Of a stretch of 64,000 nucleotides of DNA, positions 1 through 13,204 are shown piece after piece. The stretch lies in NCBI GenBank assembly GCA_002269645.1, contig NIVC01002679.1, positions 86,061 to 150,060 on the forward strand, given 5' to 3'. How positions within the stretch are numbered: position 1 is the stretch's first letter; each line of letters opens with the position of its first letter. The notes beneath the pieces are model-generated. The model ran no database searches. It worked only from the letters and a program-made list of their open reading frames with translations, and was not told where the DNA came from. Made by a program: the position numbers and the translations under genes. The DNA is from Macrostomum lignano (taxonomy: Eukaryota).

Positions 1-634
1 ACCTTCTCGCAGTCCAGCCCACCGTAGCTGGGCGGGCAGGTGCAAACGTAGGCGTCAACTAAGGTCCGGCACTGGCCGCCATTCAGACAGGGCGACGGGA
101 AGCAGTTGTCGCGCGGGCGGAAGCAGTCGAAGCCGTCGAACTCCGGCTGGCAGCGGCACGAGCCGTCGGCCGGGTCGCACCAGCCGCCGTTGAGACAGAC
201 GACGGAGGCGCAGCGATCAGCCCGACGGTCGCAGTGCTCGCCAACGAAGCCGGGCTTGCAGACGCATTTGAATGAGCCGACGGTGTTCAGGCAGCGCTGC
301 GTGCCGTCGGAGTCGCAGCGGCCCGCCGCCTGGCACTCGTCGATGTCGTCGAGGCACAGCGGGCCGGAGAAGCCGCCGTCGGCGGTCGAGCAGTCGCAGC
401 TGAAGTTCACCCAGTTCGGCGCCGGCCGGCAAAGCGCCGAGTTGGCGCAAGGCCGCGACTGGCACGGGTTGGCGCGGCTGGCGCAGCGGTCGCCGAACCA
501 GCCGGCTGGGCAGCGGCAGCGGAAGCCGCCGCCGACTTTGTCCAGGCAGTCGCCGCCGTTGTGACAAACGACGCAGTCGGGTGCCGCCGAGGCGGCGGCG
601 GAGCAACTGCCGATGTTGTTCTCACAGTTGGGAC
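1..634 (-). CDS. EGF-repeat gene, exon 4 (runs to window edge)
   Basis: CAG acceptor, phase 1, completing CPLGFNG|PNCE. Five further EGF repeats, including Ca-binding type DDIDECQ...CLNTVGSFKC. At least 11 EGF repeats follow the signal peptide; Notch versus Crumbs or other identity cannot be decided here. Confidence 0.92.
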
Positions 635-699
635 CTGCGAATTGTGCGGGATTGGCAGCTTGTAAAATCTGGGATCTGGGATTTTTTATGCATTGGTGT

Positions 700-1040
700 C
701 ATGATTCGAGATTAGGATTCAAGATTGGGATTTGAGATTGGGATTTGAGATCTGGATCTGAGATTGGGATTTGAGATTGGGATTTGAGATTTGAATTTGA
801 GATTTGAGATTTGGATCTGAGATTGGGATCTGGGTTTTGAATTTGAGATTGGGATTTGAGATTTGAATTTGAGATTTGAGATTTGGATCTGAGATTGGGA
901 TCTGGGATTTGAATTTGAGATTGGGATCTTAAAAAATAGGATCAGAGACCGAGCTAGGCTAGCTAGCTAGGAGAATGAGATTGGGATTTGAAAATCTGGG
1001 ACCTACCAGGAATCTGGGATTTAAAATTGAATCTGAGACG
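700..1040. repeat. Degenerate ~12-bp repeat (GAGATTGGGATTT)
   Basis: Direct inspection. Confidence 0.9.
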
Positions 1041-1414
1041 AGATGGGATCAATTAGAGAACATTGATCCATTATCGAATTCAATTGGCAATACACTACGC
1101 TAGCTATTTTAGGAGCTATTAAGAAAAAGTAATGCATATATATTATATACATATACTGGAAAAAATTTTCTACTTAAGCTTAAGTCAAACTCAGTTTGAG
1201 TCCACACCCTCACCCCGCAGATGGGATCAATTCCTACTTCTTAAAAAAGAATTGGGAAGAATTTTGACCTCTGCCGCAGGATTTACGGGACTCGCGGGGA
1301 TTTGTCAGCAGCGGCCGGTATATATACTTCTAAAGTGGAAGACTTGGGGTGATACATCAGAATATAAAGTTTGCAATGAAAAAAGTGTTCTATTTTTTCA
1401 AAATATTATTCTGC

Positions 1415-1703
<289 letters not shown>

Positions 1704-3159
1704 GTTCTATCAACGCTAATAAACTTCGAAATTAAAAAAAGTTACAAGCATTGTTGCCAGTTTTGCTCTCCAAAAAAAACGTGTTACTTTTTAATTGCCA
1801 ATTTCTACTTTTTTCACGTTATTGTTGCCTTCTTAACAACTCGAAAGAGATTGAAGGCGAGAGAAACAGTTTACATGTTGTTCTTTTGCTACATGGCATT
1901 TACACTGCGCTAAGTATAATAAAAAGAACACAGTAATGGCTGCTCGAGTTCGCAATTCTGGCCCAATGATGAAGGAAGCCAGACATAGAGTTCTGGTAAT
2001 TCAAGGGCTTGAAAAGGGAGTAGCGTGAGAAAGTAGGTGGGTTGGTTTGACTTAGATGCCTTTAACCAGAGGGACTATCTGTGGCACACATGCGCTGCGC
2101 CCCGGGTCCTTGACTTGGTGCAGCAAGCCAATGAAAACAAATGCACACACACACACAGACACACAGAGAGAGATGGGTGGTGATGCAGAGCCAGCGGCAG
2201 CGTGGGACAAGGGAAATATGATATAGGGTGTTTCGTTTCATCGCGGCTATTAAGAACCAGCCCACCACTCTCTTTCTATCCTTCTGTCTCACACTTTAGA
2301 AAAGCTTTCTTGCTTGCTTCAAGCTGACAATATCGTTAGGGCTTTGCTTAATACCGAACACACTTGATATGTTACAAAGTGTATCGAGCATGTGGTGGCC
2401 TGAGATAGCAAAGGACATGACTGTAAAGCACCCCAAAGGGCCGGCCTTCCACTCTCCCACGATCAGCGCCCCACAGGCTCCCGTGTAAAGAACGCGACCC
2501 ACCCCCAAAAGCAGAAAAAATGAATGCAGAGAAAAGCAGGAAGGAGTCCAGGAAATGAAACGGTTCGGAAATTTGCAATCTGCAAATACTATTATAGTTG
2601 GGACAATTGCAGAAGCAGAAGACGATGACGCGCTGACAGTAATGAAAGTAAGATGCCAGTGTGACAAAGACAAAGGCTGTCCGAACCCTGTGCTGAGGAA
2701 GTTACAGGTATTGTAAGGAATATCTATCTACCATACAGCTAATTAACCAGAATTGAAAGGCCCAGGAAGCTTCAGCTAGCCGAGGTAACTTGATGCAAAG
2801 CTTCGCTACATTACAGTTGATTCGATTGTAAACCTCTTTTATTAGATGATGCTAAGGAGAAAATGAAACAGCTGCTAATCCCTTAGGACTAGGTCGTTGC
2901 TATGCTGCTCAAAAACACTATACGCTAAGCTATAAGGAAGCAGGTTTACACAAACTCATCACTTCGTCACAAGAAGCAATAAGCTGGCGGAGGGCTTCAT
3001 TCAATTTCGTTACAGCAGAGCGCTCGCAATACGGATACAAAATAAACACTTTTTGTTTATCATTTTTGATAATTAATATTCCAATACTCTATGCGCTTAT
3101 GACACAATACCCAGATACAATGCCCTACATTTTTTAGAACGTCAGTGGGTAGATAGGAA

Positions 3160-3610
3160 GTGTCAGTGGGTGGACAAGAGGCGTCGGTGAATAGACAAGA
3201 CGCGTCGGTGAATAGACAAGACGCGTCGGTGAATAGACAAGACGCGTCGGTGAATAGACAAGAGGCGTCGGTGAATAGACAAGAAGCGTCGGTGAATAGA
3301 CAAGAAGCGTCGGTGAATAGACAAGAGGCGTCGGTGAATAGACAGGAGGCGTCGGTGAGAGGACAGGAGGTGTCGGTGAGAGGACAGGAGGCGTCGGTGA
3401 GAGGACGAGAGGCATCGGTGAATAGACAAGAAGCGTCGGTGAGAGAACAGGAAGCGTCGGTGAGAGGACAGGAAGCGTCGGTGAATAAACAAGAGGCGTC
3501 GGTGAGAGGACAGGAGGCGTCGGTGAGAGGACAAGAGGCGTCGGTGAATAGACAGGAGGCGTCGGTGAATAGACAGGAGGCGTCGGTGAATAGACGAGAG
3601 GCGTCGGTGG
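3160..3610. repeat. 21-bp minisatellite (GAGGCGTCGGTGAATAGACAA)
   Basis: Direct inspection; explains the spurious ORFs at 3060-3707. Confidence 0.97.
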
Positions 3611-4442
3611 ACAGTGATTCGTGCCCTAATGATTTAAATAATTTTTGCATTATTTTTGTATAAATAAGTTGCATTAATTTAAATAAAAAGATACCTGCAA
3701 TAACCAATATAAAAAATTCTAGGCTCTTCAGCGCTTTGAAAATTATGATTTTTTCGATATTTCTTATTCCTAGGGAAAAAACAGAGCTATAGTTATTGGA
3801 AAAAAGAACTTGAAATAATTAGTGTCCGATAAACTGCCGCACCCAAAGAGACACTTGTTCGTCATTGGACTGCAGATCATTATTAGAGCGATAAGATTCG
3901 ATAACTTGGCAATTATTAACTTGAAAAATGAATTGGTCCCACTTGTAGAGCCACAGGAATCAATGTAGAAAAATTAAAATCAGGAGGAGCCTACAAAATA
4001 GGCAGTCAGTCAAACTCGCAGCTGCTTAATTGCCGATGCCGTTATTTATGCATTATTAGTATATGCTTGTACAAAGACTAGACAAATTACAAAGACACAC
4101 ATACACACGGGCAGTGCTGGCATGAATAATTAGACGCGCTACAAGTGATGCAATCAGCTTTGAACATCAACTGCGCCCCCCCCTTGCTATCTATCATCCC
4201 CGACCAGCCTTGCATTAATTTGGCAGTTAAACCTTGCCGGAAATTAACTAAATTGACAGAGAGAGAGAGAGAGAGAGAGAGATGTAATTGAGACAATCGC
4301 ATCGGCGAATAATTGGGGCGAAACCCGCCCACCCGTAAATACCTGACCTTGATTGCATCGTTTGTTCAACTAATTTCATGAATCTGTAATATTTTATATT
4401 ACAAAACTAAAAATTCTTCAAAATATCAAGGCCTATATCATG

Positions 4443-5300
4443 AAGGGGTGGCAGCTGAATGATCGGGGAGGGAGGGGTGGCAGCTGAAGGATCGGGGGTG
4501 GCAGCTGAAGGATCGGGGAGGGAGGGGTGGCAGCTGAAGGATCGGGGGGTGGCAGCTGAAGGATCGGGGAGGGAGGGGTGGCAGCTGAAGGATCGGGGGG
4601 TGGCAGCTGAAGGATCGGAGAGGGGGTGGCAGCTGAGGTATCGGAGAGGGGGTGGCAGGTGGCAGCTGAAGGATCGGGGAGGGGTGGCAGCTGAAGGATC
4701 GGGGAGGGGTGGCAGGTGGCAGCTGAAGGATCGGGGAGGGGTGGCAGCTGAAGGATCGGGGGGTGGCAGCTGAAGGATCGGGGAGGGGTGGCAGCTGAAG
4801 GATCGGGGGGTGGCAGCTGAAGGATCGGGGAGGGGTGGCAGCTGAAGGATCGGGGAGGGGTGGCAGCTGAAGGATCGGGGAGGGGGGGTGGCAGCTGAAG
4901 GATCGGGGAGGGGGTGGCAGCTGAAGGATCGGGGAGGGGTGGCAGCTGAAGGATCGGGGAGGGGTGGCAGCTGAAGGATCGGGGAGGGGTGGCAGCTGAA
5001 GGATCGGGGAGGGGTGACAGCTGAAGGATCGGGGAGGGGTGGCAGCTGAAGGATCGGGGAGGGTGGCAGCTGAAGGATCGGGAGGGGTGGCAGCTGAAGG
5101 ATCGGGGGGTGGCAGCTGAAGGATCGGGGAGGGGGTGGCAGCTGAAGGATCGGAGAGGGGGTGGCAGGTGGCAGCTGAAGGATCGGAGAGGGGGTGGCAG
5201 GTGGCAGCTGAAGGATCGGAGAGGGGGTGGCAGGTGGCAGCTGAAGGATCGGAGAGGGGGTGGCAGGTGGCAGCTGAAGGATCGGGGAGGGGTGGCAGCT
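4443..5300. repeat. G-rich ~26-bp minisatellite (GGGGTGGCAGCTGAAGGATCGGGGAG)
   Basis: Direct inspection. Confidence 0.97.
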
Positions 5301-5756
5301 CAAGAGGATGCAGCTCCTGAAGTATGGGAGCTTGAAGTATGGAAGTCACATATGAAGTATGTGACTTTCATCACAATATACTAAATCTCTAATTAATAAC
5401 TGATGCTAGTGCGTCAGTTCAGCTTTAACGCAACTCACAAGTCAGCAAGATATACAATTAATAAAAACAAGATGTCGTTAGGGCCTTAGAGTGCACTGGG
5501 ACATTTTCAAATCTGTTTTGCATAATGCAGTGGCGCCTGCAGGGCGGGGCGGAGGGTAAACAAAGGACGGTCTTCGAGTCACGGGTCGGACTCGGAAACA
5601 AAGACCCAAAAAGCGGCTGAAATGGCACAATAAAAACAGACTATGAAGAGCTTAGCAGCTCTTCAAGGTCATTTGGGTGCCTGGAAATAGCTGGACTTGT
5701 AAGTAAAATAAATAAAAATAAAGGAATACCAAGTATGAAGAAGTTTTGCGAAGGTT

Positions 5757-6918
5757 CTAGTTTGTCAAGCTTCTAGTCTAGTCTGTCAAGCTTCTAGTCT
5801 AGTCTGTCAAGCTTCTAGTCTAGTCTGTCAAGCTTCTAGTCTAGTCTGTCAAGCTTCTAGTCTAGTCTGTCAAGCTTCTAGTCTAGTCTGTCAAGCTTCT
5901 AGTCTAGTCTGTCAAGCTTCTAGTCTAGTCTGTCAAGCTTCTAGTCTAGTCTGTCAAGCTTCTAGTCTAGTCTGTCAAGCTTCTAGTCTAGTCTGTCAAG
6001 CTTCTAGTCTAGTCTGTCAAGCTTCTAGTCTAGTCTGTCAAGCTTCTAGTCTAGTCTGTCAAGCTTCTAGTCTAGTCTGTCAAGCTTCTAGTCTAGTCTG
6101 TCAAGCTTCTAGTCTAGTCTGTCAAGCTTCTAGTCTAGTCTGTCAAGCTTCTAGTCTAGTCTGTCAAGCTTCTAGTCTAGTCTGTCAAGCTTCTAGTCTA
6201 GTCTGTCAAGCTTCTAGTCTAGTCTGTCAAGCTTCTAGTCTAGTCTGTCAAGCTTCTAGTCTAGTCTGTCAAGCTTCTAGTCTAGTCTGTCAAGCTTCTA
6301 GTCTAGTCTGTCAAGCTTCTAGTCTAGTCTGTCAAGCTTCTAGTCTAGTCTGTCAAGCTTCTAGTCTAGTCTGTCAAGCTTCTAGTCTAGTCTGTCAAGC
6401 TTCTAGTCTAGTCTGTCAAGCTTCTAGTCTAGTCTGTCAAGCTTCTAGTCTAGTCTGTCAAGCTTCTAGTCTAGTCTGTCAAGCTTCTAGTCTAGTCTGT
6501 CAAGCTTCTAGTCTAGTCTGTCAAGCTTCTAGTCTAGTCTGTCAAGCTTCTAGTCTAGTCTGTCAAGCTTCTAGTCTAGTCTGTCAAGCTTCTAGTCTAG
6601 TCTGTCAAGCTTCTAGTCTAGTCTGTCAAGCTTCTAGTCTAGTCTGTCAAGCTTCTAGTCTAGTCTGTCAAGCTTCTAGTCTAGTCTGTCAAGCTTCTAG
6701 TCTAGTCTGTCAAGCTTCTAGTCTGTTAAGTTCTTAGTCTAGTCTGTTAAGTTCCTAGTCTAGTCTGTCAAGCTTCTAAATTGTCAAGCTTCTATAGTCT
6801 GTCAAGCTTCTAGTCTGTTAAGTTCCTATTCTGTCAAGCTTCTAGTCTGTTAAGTTCCTAGTCTAGTCTGTCAAGCTTCTAGTCTGTCAAGCTTCTATAG
6901 TCTGTCAAGCTTCTAGTC
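5757..6918. repeat. 21-bp minisatellite (TCTAGTCTAGTCTGTCAAGCT), near-perfect
   Basis: About 45 identical units, then a degenerate right end. Confidence 0.98.
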
Positions 6919-7614
6919 TCGAGCTCCATAGATCTAGGTATCTGGAGTTTGGAGACCCATTCCCCTACACTAGGCATGCTTTGTTAAACTCCAACTACGG
7001 ACTGTGACAGTGCCAGAACTCCATGACCAAAGTTACCAAAAGCTGTGGACGGGGGGGAGGCGGGTGAGGTGATCGAGGCATGAGGCTTTTTGGGGCGGGT
7101 TGGTTGTTGTAAGTGAGCTAAAATAAGCTTTATAACAATATCAGGCCATAGATAACAAGTGAGGGGACATGCACCCTGCACAAATGCACAGTCAGTCAGT
7201 CACAGACTAAGCACGTGATAAATATTATAAACCTTTAACTATATAAAAAATATGCATATACTATACGATTACAAAACAAGCCTCTTGTAGTGGAAAAAGA
7301 GGACCCTGGAGTACCTTACTGGTATTGATATTTGCACCTCGATTTATCTTACCTTCTAATACGAAAATTTATATCTTTATCAAGTGAAATAATAAAACCA
7401 AGAAGTCAGGCTTATATTTCCGTCCGCTCTGTCTCATTTTAGCGCTTGGCCTTTGAGTTTTTGGTACCTGGTAGGCAAGTCCATAAGGCAATAACTGGGT
7501 GCTGTTGGGTTTCCGACTGGAGACCCATTAGAGATAAGGGTGGTGAAGTGTGATAAGCATTGTATAGATATCTAGATAGCATATAAAAGTTTAACATCCA
7601 TGCTTTGACTTCAA

Positions 7615-9417
7615 TGATAGAACCTCACCCTTCAAAATCGATAGTCTATGTCTAGAATACCACCCTTCAAATTTGATAGTCCATCTCTAGAACCTCACCC
7701 TTCAAAATCGATAGTCCATCTCTAGAATCCCAACCTTCAAAATCGATAGTCCATCTTTAGAATCCCACCCTTCAAAAACCGATAGTCCATCTCTAGAATC
7801 ACCCTGGCACCCTTTAAAATCAATAGTCTATGTCTAGAATACCACCCTTCAAAATCGATAATCTATCTAGAACCTCACCCTTTAAATTTGATAGTCCATC
7901 TCTAGAACCTCACCCTTCAAAATCGATAGTCCATCTCTAGAATCCCAACCTTCAAAATCGATAGTCCATCTTTAGAATCCCACCCTTCAAAAACCGATAG
8001 TCCATCTCTAGAATCACCCTGGCACCCTTTAAAATCAATAGTCTATGTCTAGAATTCTAGAATATCACCCTTCAAAATCGATAGTCTATCTCTGGAATAT
8101 CACCCTTCAAAATCGATAGTCTATGTCTAGAATACCACCCTTCAAATTTGATAGTCTATCTCTAGAACCTCACCCTTCAAAATCGATAGTCCATCTCTAG
8201 AATCCCAACCTTCAAAATCGATAGTCCATCTTTAGAATCCCACCCTTCAAAAACCGATAGTCCATCTCTAGAATCACCCTGGCACCCTTTAAAATCAATA
8301 GTCTATGTCTAGAATACCACCCTTCAAAATCGATAATCTATCTAGAACCTCACCCTTTAAATTCGATAGTCCATCTCTAGAACCTCACCCTTCAAAATCG
8401 ATAGTCCATCTCTAGAATATCACCCTTCAAAATCGATAGTCTATCTCTGGAATATCACCCTTCAAAATCGATAGTCTATGTCTAGAATATCACCCTTCAA
8501 ATTCGATAGTCCATCTCTAGAACCTCACCCTTCAAATTCGATAGTCCATCTCTAGAACCTCACCCTTCAAATTCGATAGTCTATGTCTAGAATCTCACCC
8601 TTCAAAATCGATAGTCCATCTCTAGAACCTCACCCTTCAAAATCGATAATCTATCTAGAATCTCACCCTTCAAAACGATAGTCTATCTCTAGAACCTCAC
8701 CCTTCAAAATCGATAATCTATCTAGAATCTCACCCTTCAAAACCGATAGTCTATCTCTAGAACCTCACCCTTCAAAATCGATAATCTATCTAGAATATCA
8801 CCCTTCAAAACCGATAGTCTATCTCTAGAACCTCACCCTTCAAAATCGATAGTCCATCTCTAGAACCTCACCCTTCAAAATCGATAATCTATCTAGAATC
8901 TCACCCTTCAAAACCGATAGTCTATCTCTAGAACCTCACCCTTCAAAATCGATAATCTATCTAGAATCTCACCCTTCAAAACCGATAGTCTATCTCTAGA
9001 ACCTCACCCTTCAAAATCGATAATCTATCTAGAATATCACCCTTCAAAACCGATAGTCTATCTCTAGAACCTCACCCTTCAAAATCGATAGTCCATCTCT
9101 AGAACCTCACCCTTCAAAATCGATAATCTATCTAGAATCTCACCCTTCAAAACCGATAGTCTATCTCTAGAACCTCACCCTTCAAAATCGATAATCTATC
9201 TAGAATCTCACCCTTCAAAACCGATAGTCTATCTCTAGAACCTCACCCTTCAAAATCGATAATCTATCTAGAATCTCACCCTTCAAAACCGATAGTCTAT
9301 CTCTAGAACCTCACCCTTCAAAATCGATAATCTATCTAGAATATCACCCTTCAAAACCGATAGTCTATCTCTAGAACCTCACCCTTCAAAATCGATAGTC
9401 CATCTCTAGAACCTCAC
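7615..9417. repeat. ~35-bp minisatellite (CTCTAGAACCTCACCCTTCAAAATCGATAGTCCAT) with higher-order structure
   Basis: Direct inspection; abuts EGF exon 3. Confidence 0.97.
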
Positions 9418-9441
9418 CCAAACCCAAGCCCCCGCACTCAC

Positions 9442-9976
9442 CATTGAATCCCAGCGGACAGGAGCAGGCAGTGCCGCCGTCCACAGTGAGGCAGTGGCCG
9501 CCATTCCGGCAGGGACAAAGTGCAGCGGGCTCAGCTTTCAATTCGCACCGGGTGCCCCAGTAGCCAGGCGGACAAGAGCAGACAAATTTGCCAAACCCGT
9601 CTGGCTGGCAGGTGCCAGAATTGGCGCAGGGATTCCCGTCGCAGGGATTCTCAATGACAGCTTCGTCGCACAGTTTGCCTCGGTAGCCGGGGACGCAGTC
9701 GCACACGAAGCCGTCTTCGTTGCTGTTATCCAGCCGGCAGGTGCCATTCTTATAGCACGGCCGCTTCTCGCAGATGTTTTTTCGAATTCGAATGCTGCAG
9801 GTCTGGCCGGTGAAGCCAGCAGCGCAGAAGCAGGTCAACCTGCCATCGACTATGCTGGTGGTGCAAGTGGCGCTCGGATGGCACGGGTTTTCCAAGTGGC
9901 AGCGGTCGACAAATTCGCAAAATCGTCCAATAAAACCGACGGGACAGATGCATTTGTAGCGCCGGTTGGCCAAGTC
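9442..9976 (-). CDS. EGF-repeat gene, exon 3
   Basis: Core of ORF 9386..10084. CAG acceptor, DLANRRYKCICPVGFIG... through four more EGF repeats to CPLGFN(G); G|GTGAGT donor. Confidence 0.92.
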
Positions 9977-10109
9977 CTGCTCGGGGAGGGGAGGGAAGTC
10001 TTTGTAGATGGAGAAGAGAACAGATGAGAGAAGACAGTGGAGAGGCGAGGAGAGGGCACCCTGACATCGTCCCATAACAGCCATCGGCGAGGAAATTTTT
10101 GTCCATTCA

Positions 10110-10233
10110 TGACTCCTGAGCCATACAGGCCCTGACTATCTAATCGTCAGGGATGTACATTTTTACACTATCTGTGCCTTGAGGTGGCAAGGAATCGAAC
10201 CAGGGAGTTTACCGCTGAGCTGCTCCGCTGCCC
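10110..10233 (-). mobile_element. tRNA-derived SINE copy
   Basis: A-box-like GCAGCTCAGCGGTA, B box GGTTCGATTCC, body hairpin CCCTGAC-N9-GTCAGGG shared with the copies at 40305 and 45485. Confidence 0.65.
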
Positions 10234-10290
10234 TAATCAGATCTGCTTAAAATCCCAAGCCGCAGCTCCCACAGCCAAGATGCCGCGAAC

Positions 10291-10478
10291 CTCGCAGGTT
10301 GCATTATTTTTGCAGGCAGAATCGGCGCACTCGTCCGAATTCACGGAGCAGTTCGGCCCGGTCCAGCCGTTGTTGCATTCGCACCTCCACTGATCGTTTA
10401 TCGTTAAATCCTTAAGGCACAGGCCGTGGCCGCTGCAGTACAGCTGACTATCGCATTCTTCAGGTCGTGGCGTGGCAC
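10291..10478 (-). CDS. EGF-repeat gene, exon 2
   Basis: CAG acceptor; reads GATPRPEECDSQLYCSGHGLCLKDLTINDQWRCECNNGWTGPNCSVNSDECADSACKNNATCE; phase-0 GT donor. Confidence 0.9.
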
Positions 10479-10559
10479 CTGAGAGTGTGGGGTGGTGTTA
10501 TTGGTTTTATTCCAAGAGCAATTTGTTGCCAATTTGTTAAAGTATTTCACTTATTTCAG

Positions 10560-11650
10560 CCTGATTTTGGATTCTAATAGCCTAAATTTGGATTCTAATA
10601 GCCCAAATTTGGATTCTAATAGCCTAAATTTGGATTCTAATAGCCTAAATTTGGATTCTAATAGCCTAAATTAGGATTCTAATAGCCTCGTTTTGGATTA
10701 TAATAGCCTAAATTTGGATTCCAATAGCCTAAATTTGGATTCTAATAGCCTAAATTTGGATTCTTATAGCCTAAATTTGGATTCTAATAGCCTAAATTTG
10801 GATTCTTATAGCCTAAATTAGGATTCTAATACTCTAATAGCCTCGTTTTGGATTATAATAGCCTAAATTTGGATTCCAATAGCCTAAATTTGGATTCTAA
10901 TAGCCTAAATTTGGATTCTAATAGCCTAAATTTGGATTCTAATAGCCTAAATTTGGATTCTAATAGCCTAAATTTGGATTCTAATAGCCTAAATTTGGAT
11001 TCTAATAGCCTAAATTTGGATTCTAATAGCCTAAATTTGGATTCTAATAGCCTAAATTTGGATTCTAATAGCCTAAAGTAGGATTCTAATAGCCTAAATT
11101 TGGATTCTAATAGCCTAAATTTGGATTCTAATAGCCTAAATTTGGATTCTAATAGCCTAAATTTGGATTCTAATAGCCTAAATTTGGATTCTAATAGTCT
11201 GAATTTGGATTCTAATAGCCTAAATTAGGATTCTAATAGCCTCGTTTTGGATTCTAATAGCCTGGTTTTGGATTCTAATAGCCTAAATTAGGATTCTAAT
11301 AGCCTCGTTTTGGATTCTAATAGCCTGGTTTTGGATTCTAATAGCCTGGTTTTGGATTCTAATAGCCTGGATTTGGATTCTAATAGCCTGGATTTGGATT
11401 CCAATAGCCTAAATTTGGATTCTATTAGTCTAAATTTGGATTCCAATAGCCTAAATTTGGATTCTAATAGCCTAAATTTGGATTCTAATAGCCTAAATTT
11501 GGATTCTAATGGCCTAGGTTTGGGTTCTAATAGCCTGGATTTGGATTCTAATAGCATCGATTTAGATTCTAATAGCCTCGTTTTGGACTCTAATAGCCTA
11601 GATTTTGGATTCTAATGGCTTAGATATATGGATTCTAATAGCCTGGTTTT
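10560..11650. repeat. 21-bp minisatellite (GGATTCTAATAGCCTAAATTT)
   Basis: Direct inspection. Confidence 0.98.
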
Positions 11651-12267
11651 TTATTCTCTTGTAATACTCATTTGCATTCAAATGGCATCATTTCTAGACT
11701 CGAATCAAATAACTAGCTTAAGTTCGGATCCCAATAGTCGTTATTTCGTTATAATTCAACTCATACGTTAAAGCAGGTAAAACCAAACTGGTTGTTCTAA
11801 ATCCTTTTAATCCTTAGCTCAGAAGTTTAACTACGACTAAGAGATTAACATTTCTTTGAATCTAATTACTTATCTTTGCTTCAACTGATTATAATGTAAT
11901 ATTGTTCAAAATAAAAATTGAACTACTTGTACACAGTTCTACCCAGGTAGGCACGCCTGGCAAGGGTATCCAATTAAGTATACGAAATGATTCCACTTCA
12001 ACATGACAATATATAGGAGCTACTCTTCAGTCTTATCTTGATTCGAAAGAGTGGAGAACCTATGTTAACGCAACTAACTGATAGAAAGCCTATAAGACCC
12101 AAAGTCAAACTATTAAATGGTTGTTTTTATCTGTCATTTAAAACTAGCACTACTTGTAAATTAGTTGAACGATTGCAGGTGCCCTCATCCAGGCCCCACC
12201 ACATGGACCCATCTAAAGTTGAAATTACCCAAATTTATGCATCTCTTCTTTGAAATTTAGCCATTCT

Positions 12268-12730
12268 ATTCATCTCAGAGGTTCAGCGATCACCAATCCC
12301 CCAGTATCTCATCACCTCAGAGGTTCAGCGATCACCAATCCCCCAGTATCTCATCACCTCAGAGGTTCAGCGATCGCCAATCCCCCAGTATCTCATCACC
12401 TCAGAGGTTCAGCGATCGCCAATCCCCCAGTATCTCATCACCTCAGAGGTTCAGCGATCATCAATCTCTGGGATCTCATCACCTCAGAGGTTCAGAGATC
12501 GCCAATCCCCGGTATCTCATCACCTCAGAGGTTCAGCGATCATCAATCCCCCAGTATCTCATCACCTCAGAGGTTCAGCGACCGCCAATCCCCCAGTATC
12601 TCATCACCTCAGAGGTTCAGCGATCACCCATCCCCCAGTATCTCATCTCCTCAGAGGTTCAGCGATCATCCATCCCCCAGTATCTCATCTCCTCAGAAGT
12701 TCAGCGATCCCCAATCCTCGGTATCTCATC
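12268..12730. repeat. 42-bp minisatellite (CATCACCTCAGAGGTTCAGCGATC...)
   Basis: Direct inspection. Confidence 0.95.
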
Positions 12731-13204
12731 CCTGGTACGTCATGATAAGTTCTGTTAATTCCTAATCGAATGACGTGATTGTGAATCTTAGGATCCAGAG
12801 TTATCCCGATCTGAGACCATGATAGAACTAGAAGATTATGAAATTATCTGTGTTGTGGGTCAGTGTGGCGTGGCTCAGGTTTTGATGCATCCAGATTGGA
12901 TTTGTATTGAGATTCTACAATTCCCTGCCACTATACTGAGTACTATGGCCATATCTAGCTTTCGAATATTGAATAATTAATTGAAGCAGAAAAGATTGCG
13001 CAGACACTTTGCTTGCTTGGCGACGTGATGGGATTTGCATTTTAGCCCATGCACATGCTCAAGGAATTCTTGGCGAGTCTGCAAGATGAGATCTGCGAGA
13101 TTCAGATATGCAGTACAGTATCATTAGTTTTTTGGCAAAAAAATTCAGCTAATGCTGAAACCAATCTTGTTCTTCTGCAAGGCAAAAAGGTCTTTTTTCT
13201 TGGA

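Noticed and set aside
2330-2710. Possible Ty3/Gypsy integrase relic (QSV...WWPEIAKDM)
   Set aside because: Single short motif; surrounding frames do not continue the alignment.
10185-10235. tRNA gene
   Set aside because: The A and B boxes are only about 10 nt apart, with no anticodon arm or acceptor stem; it continues into a SINE body.
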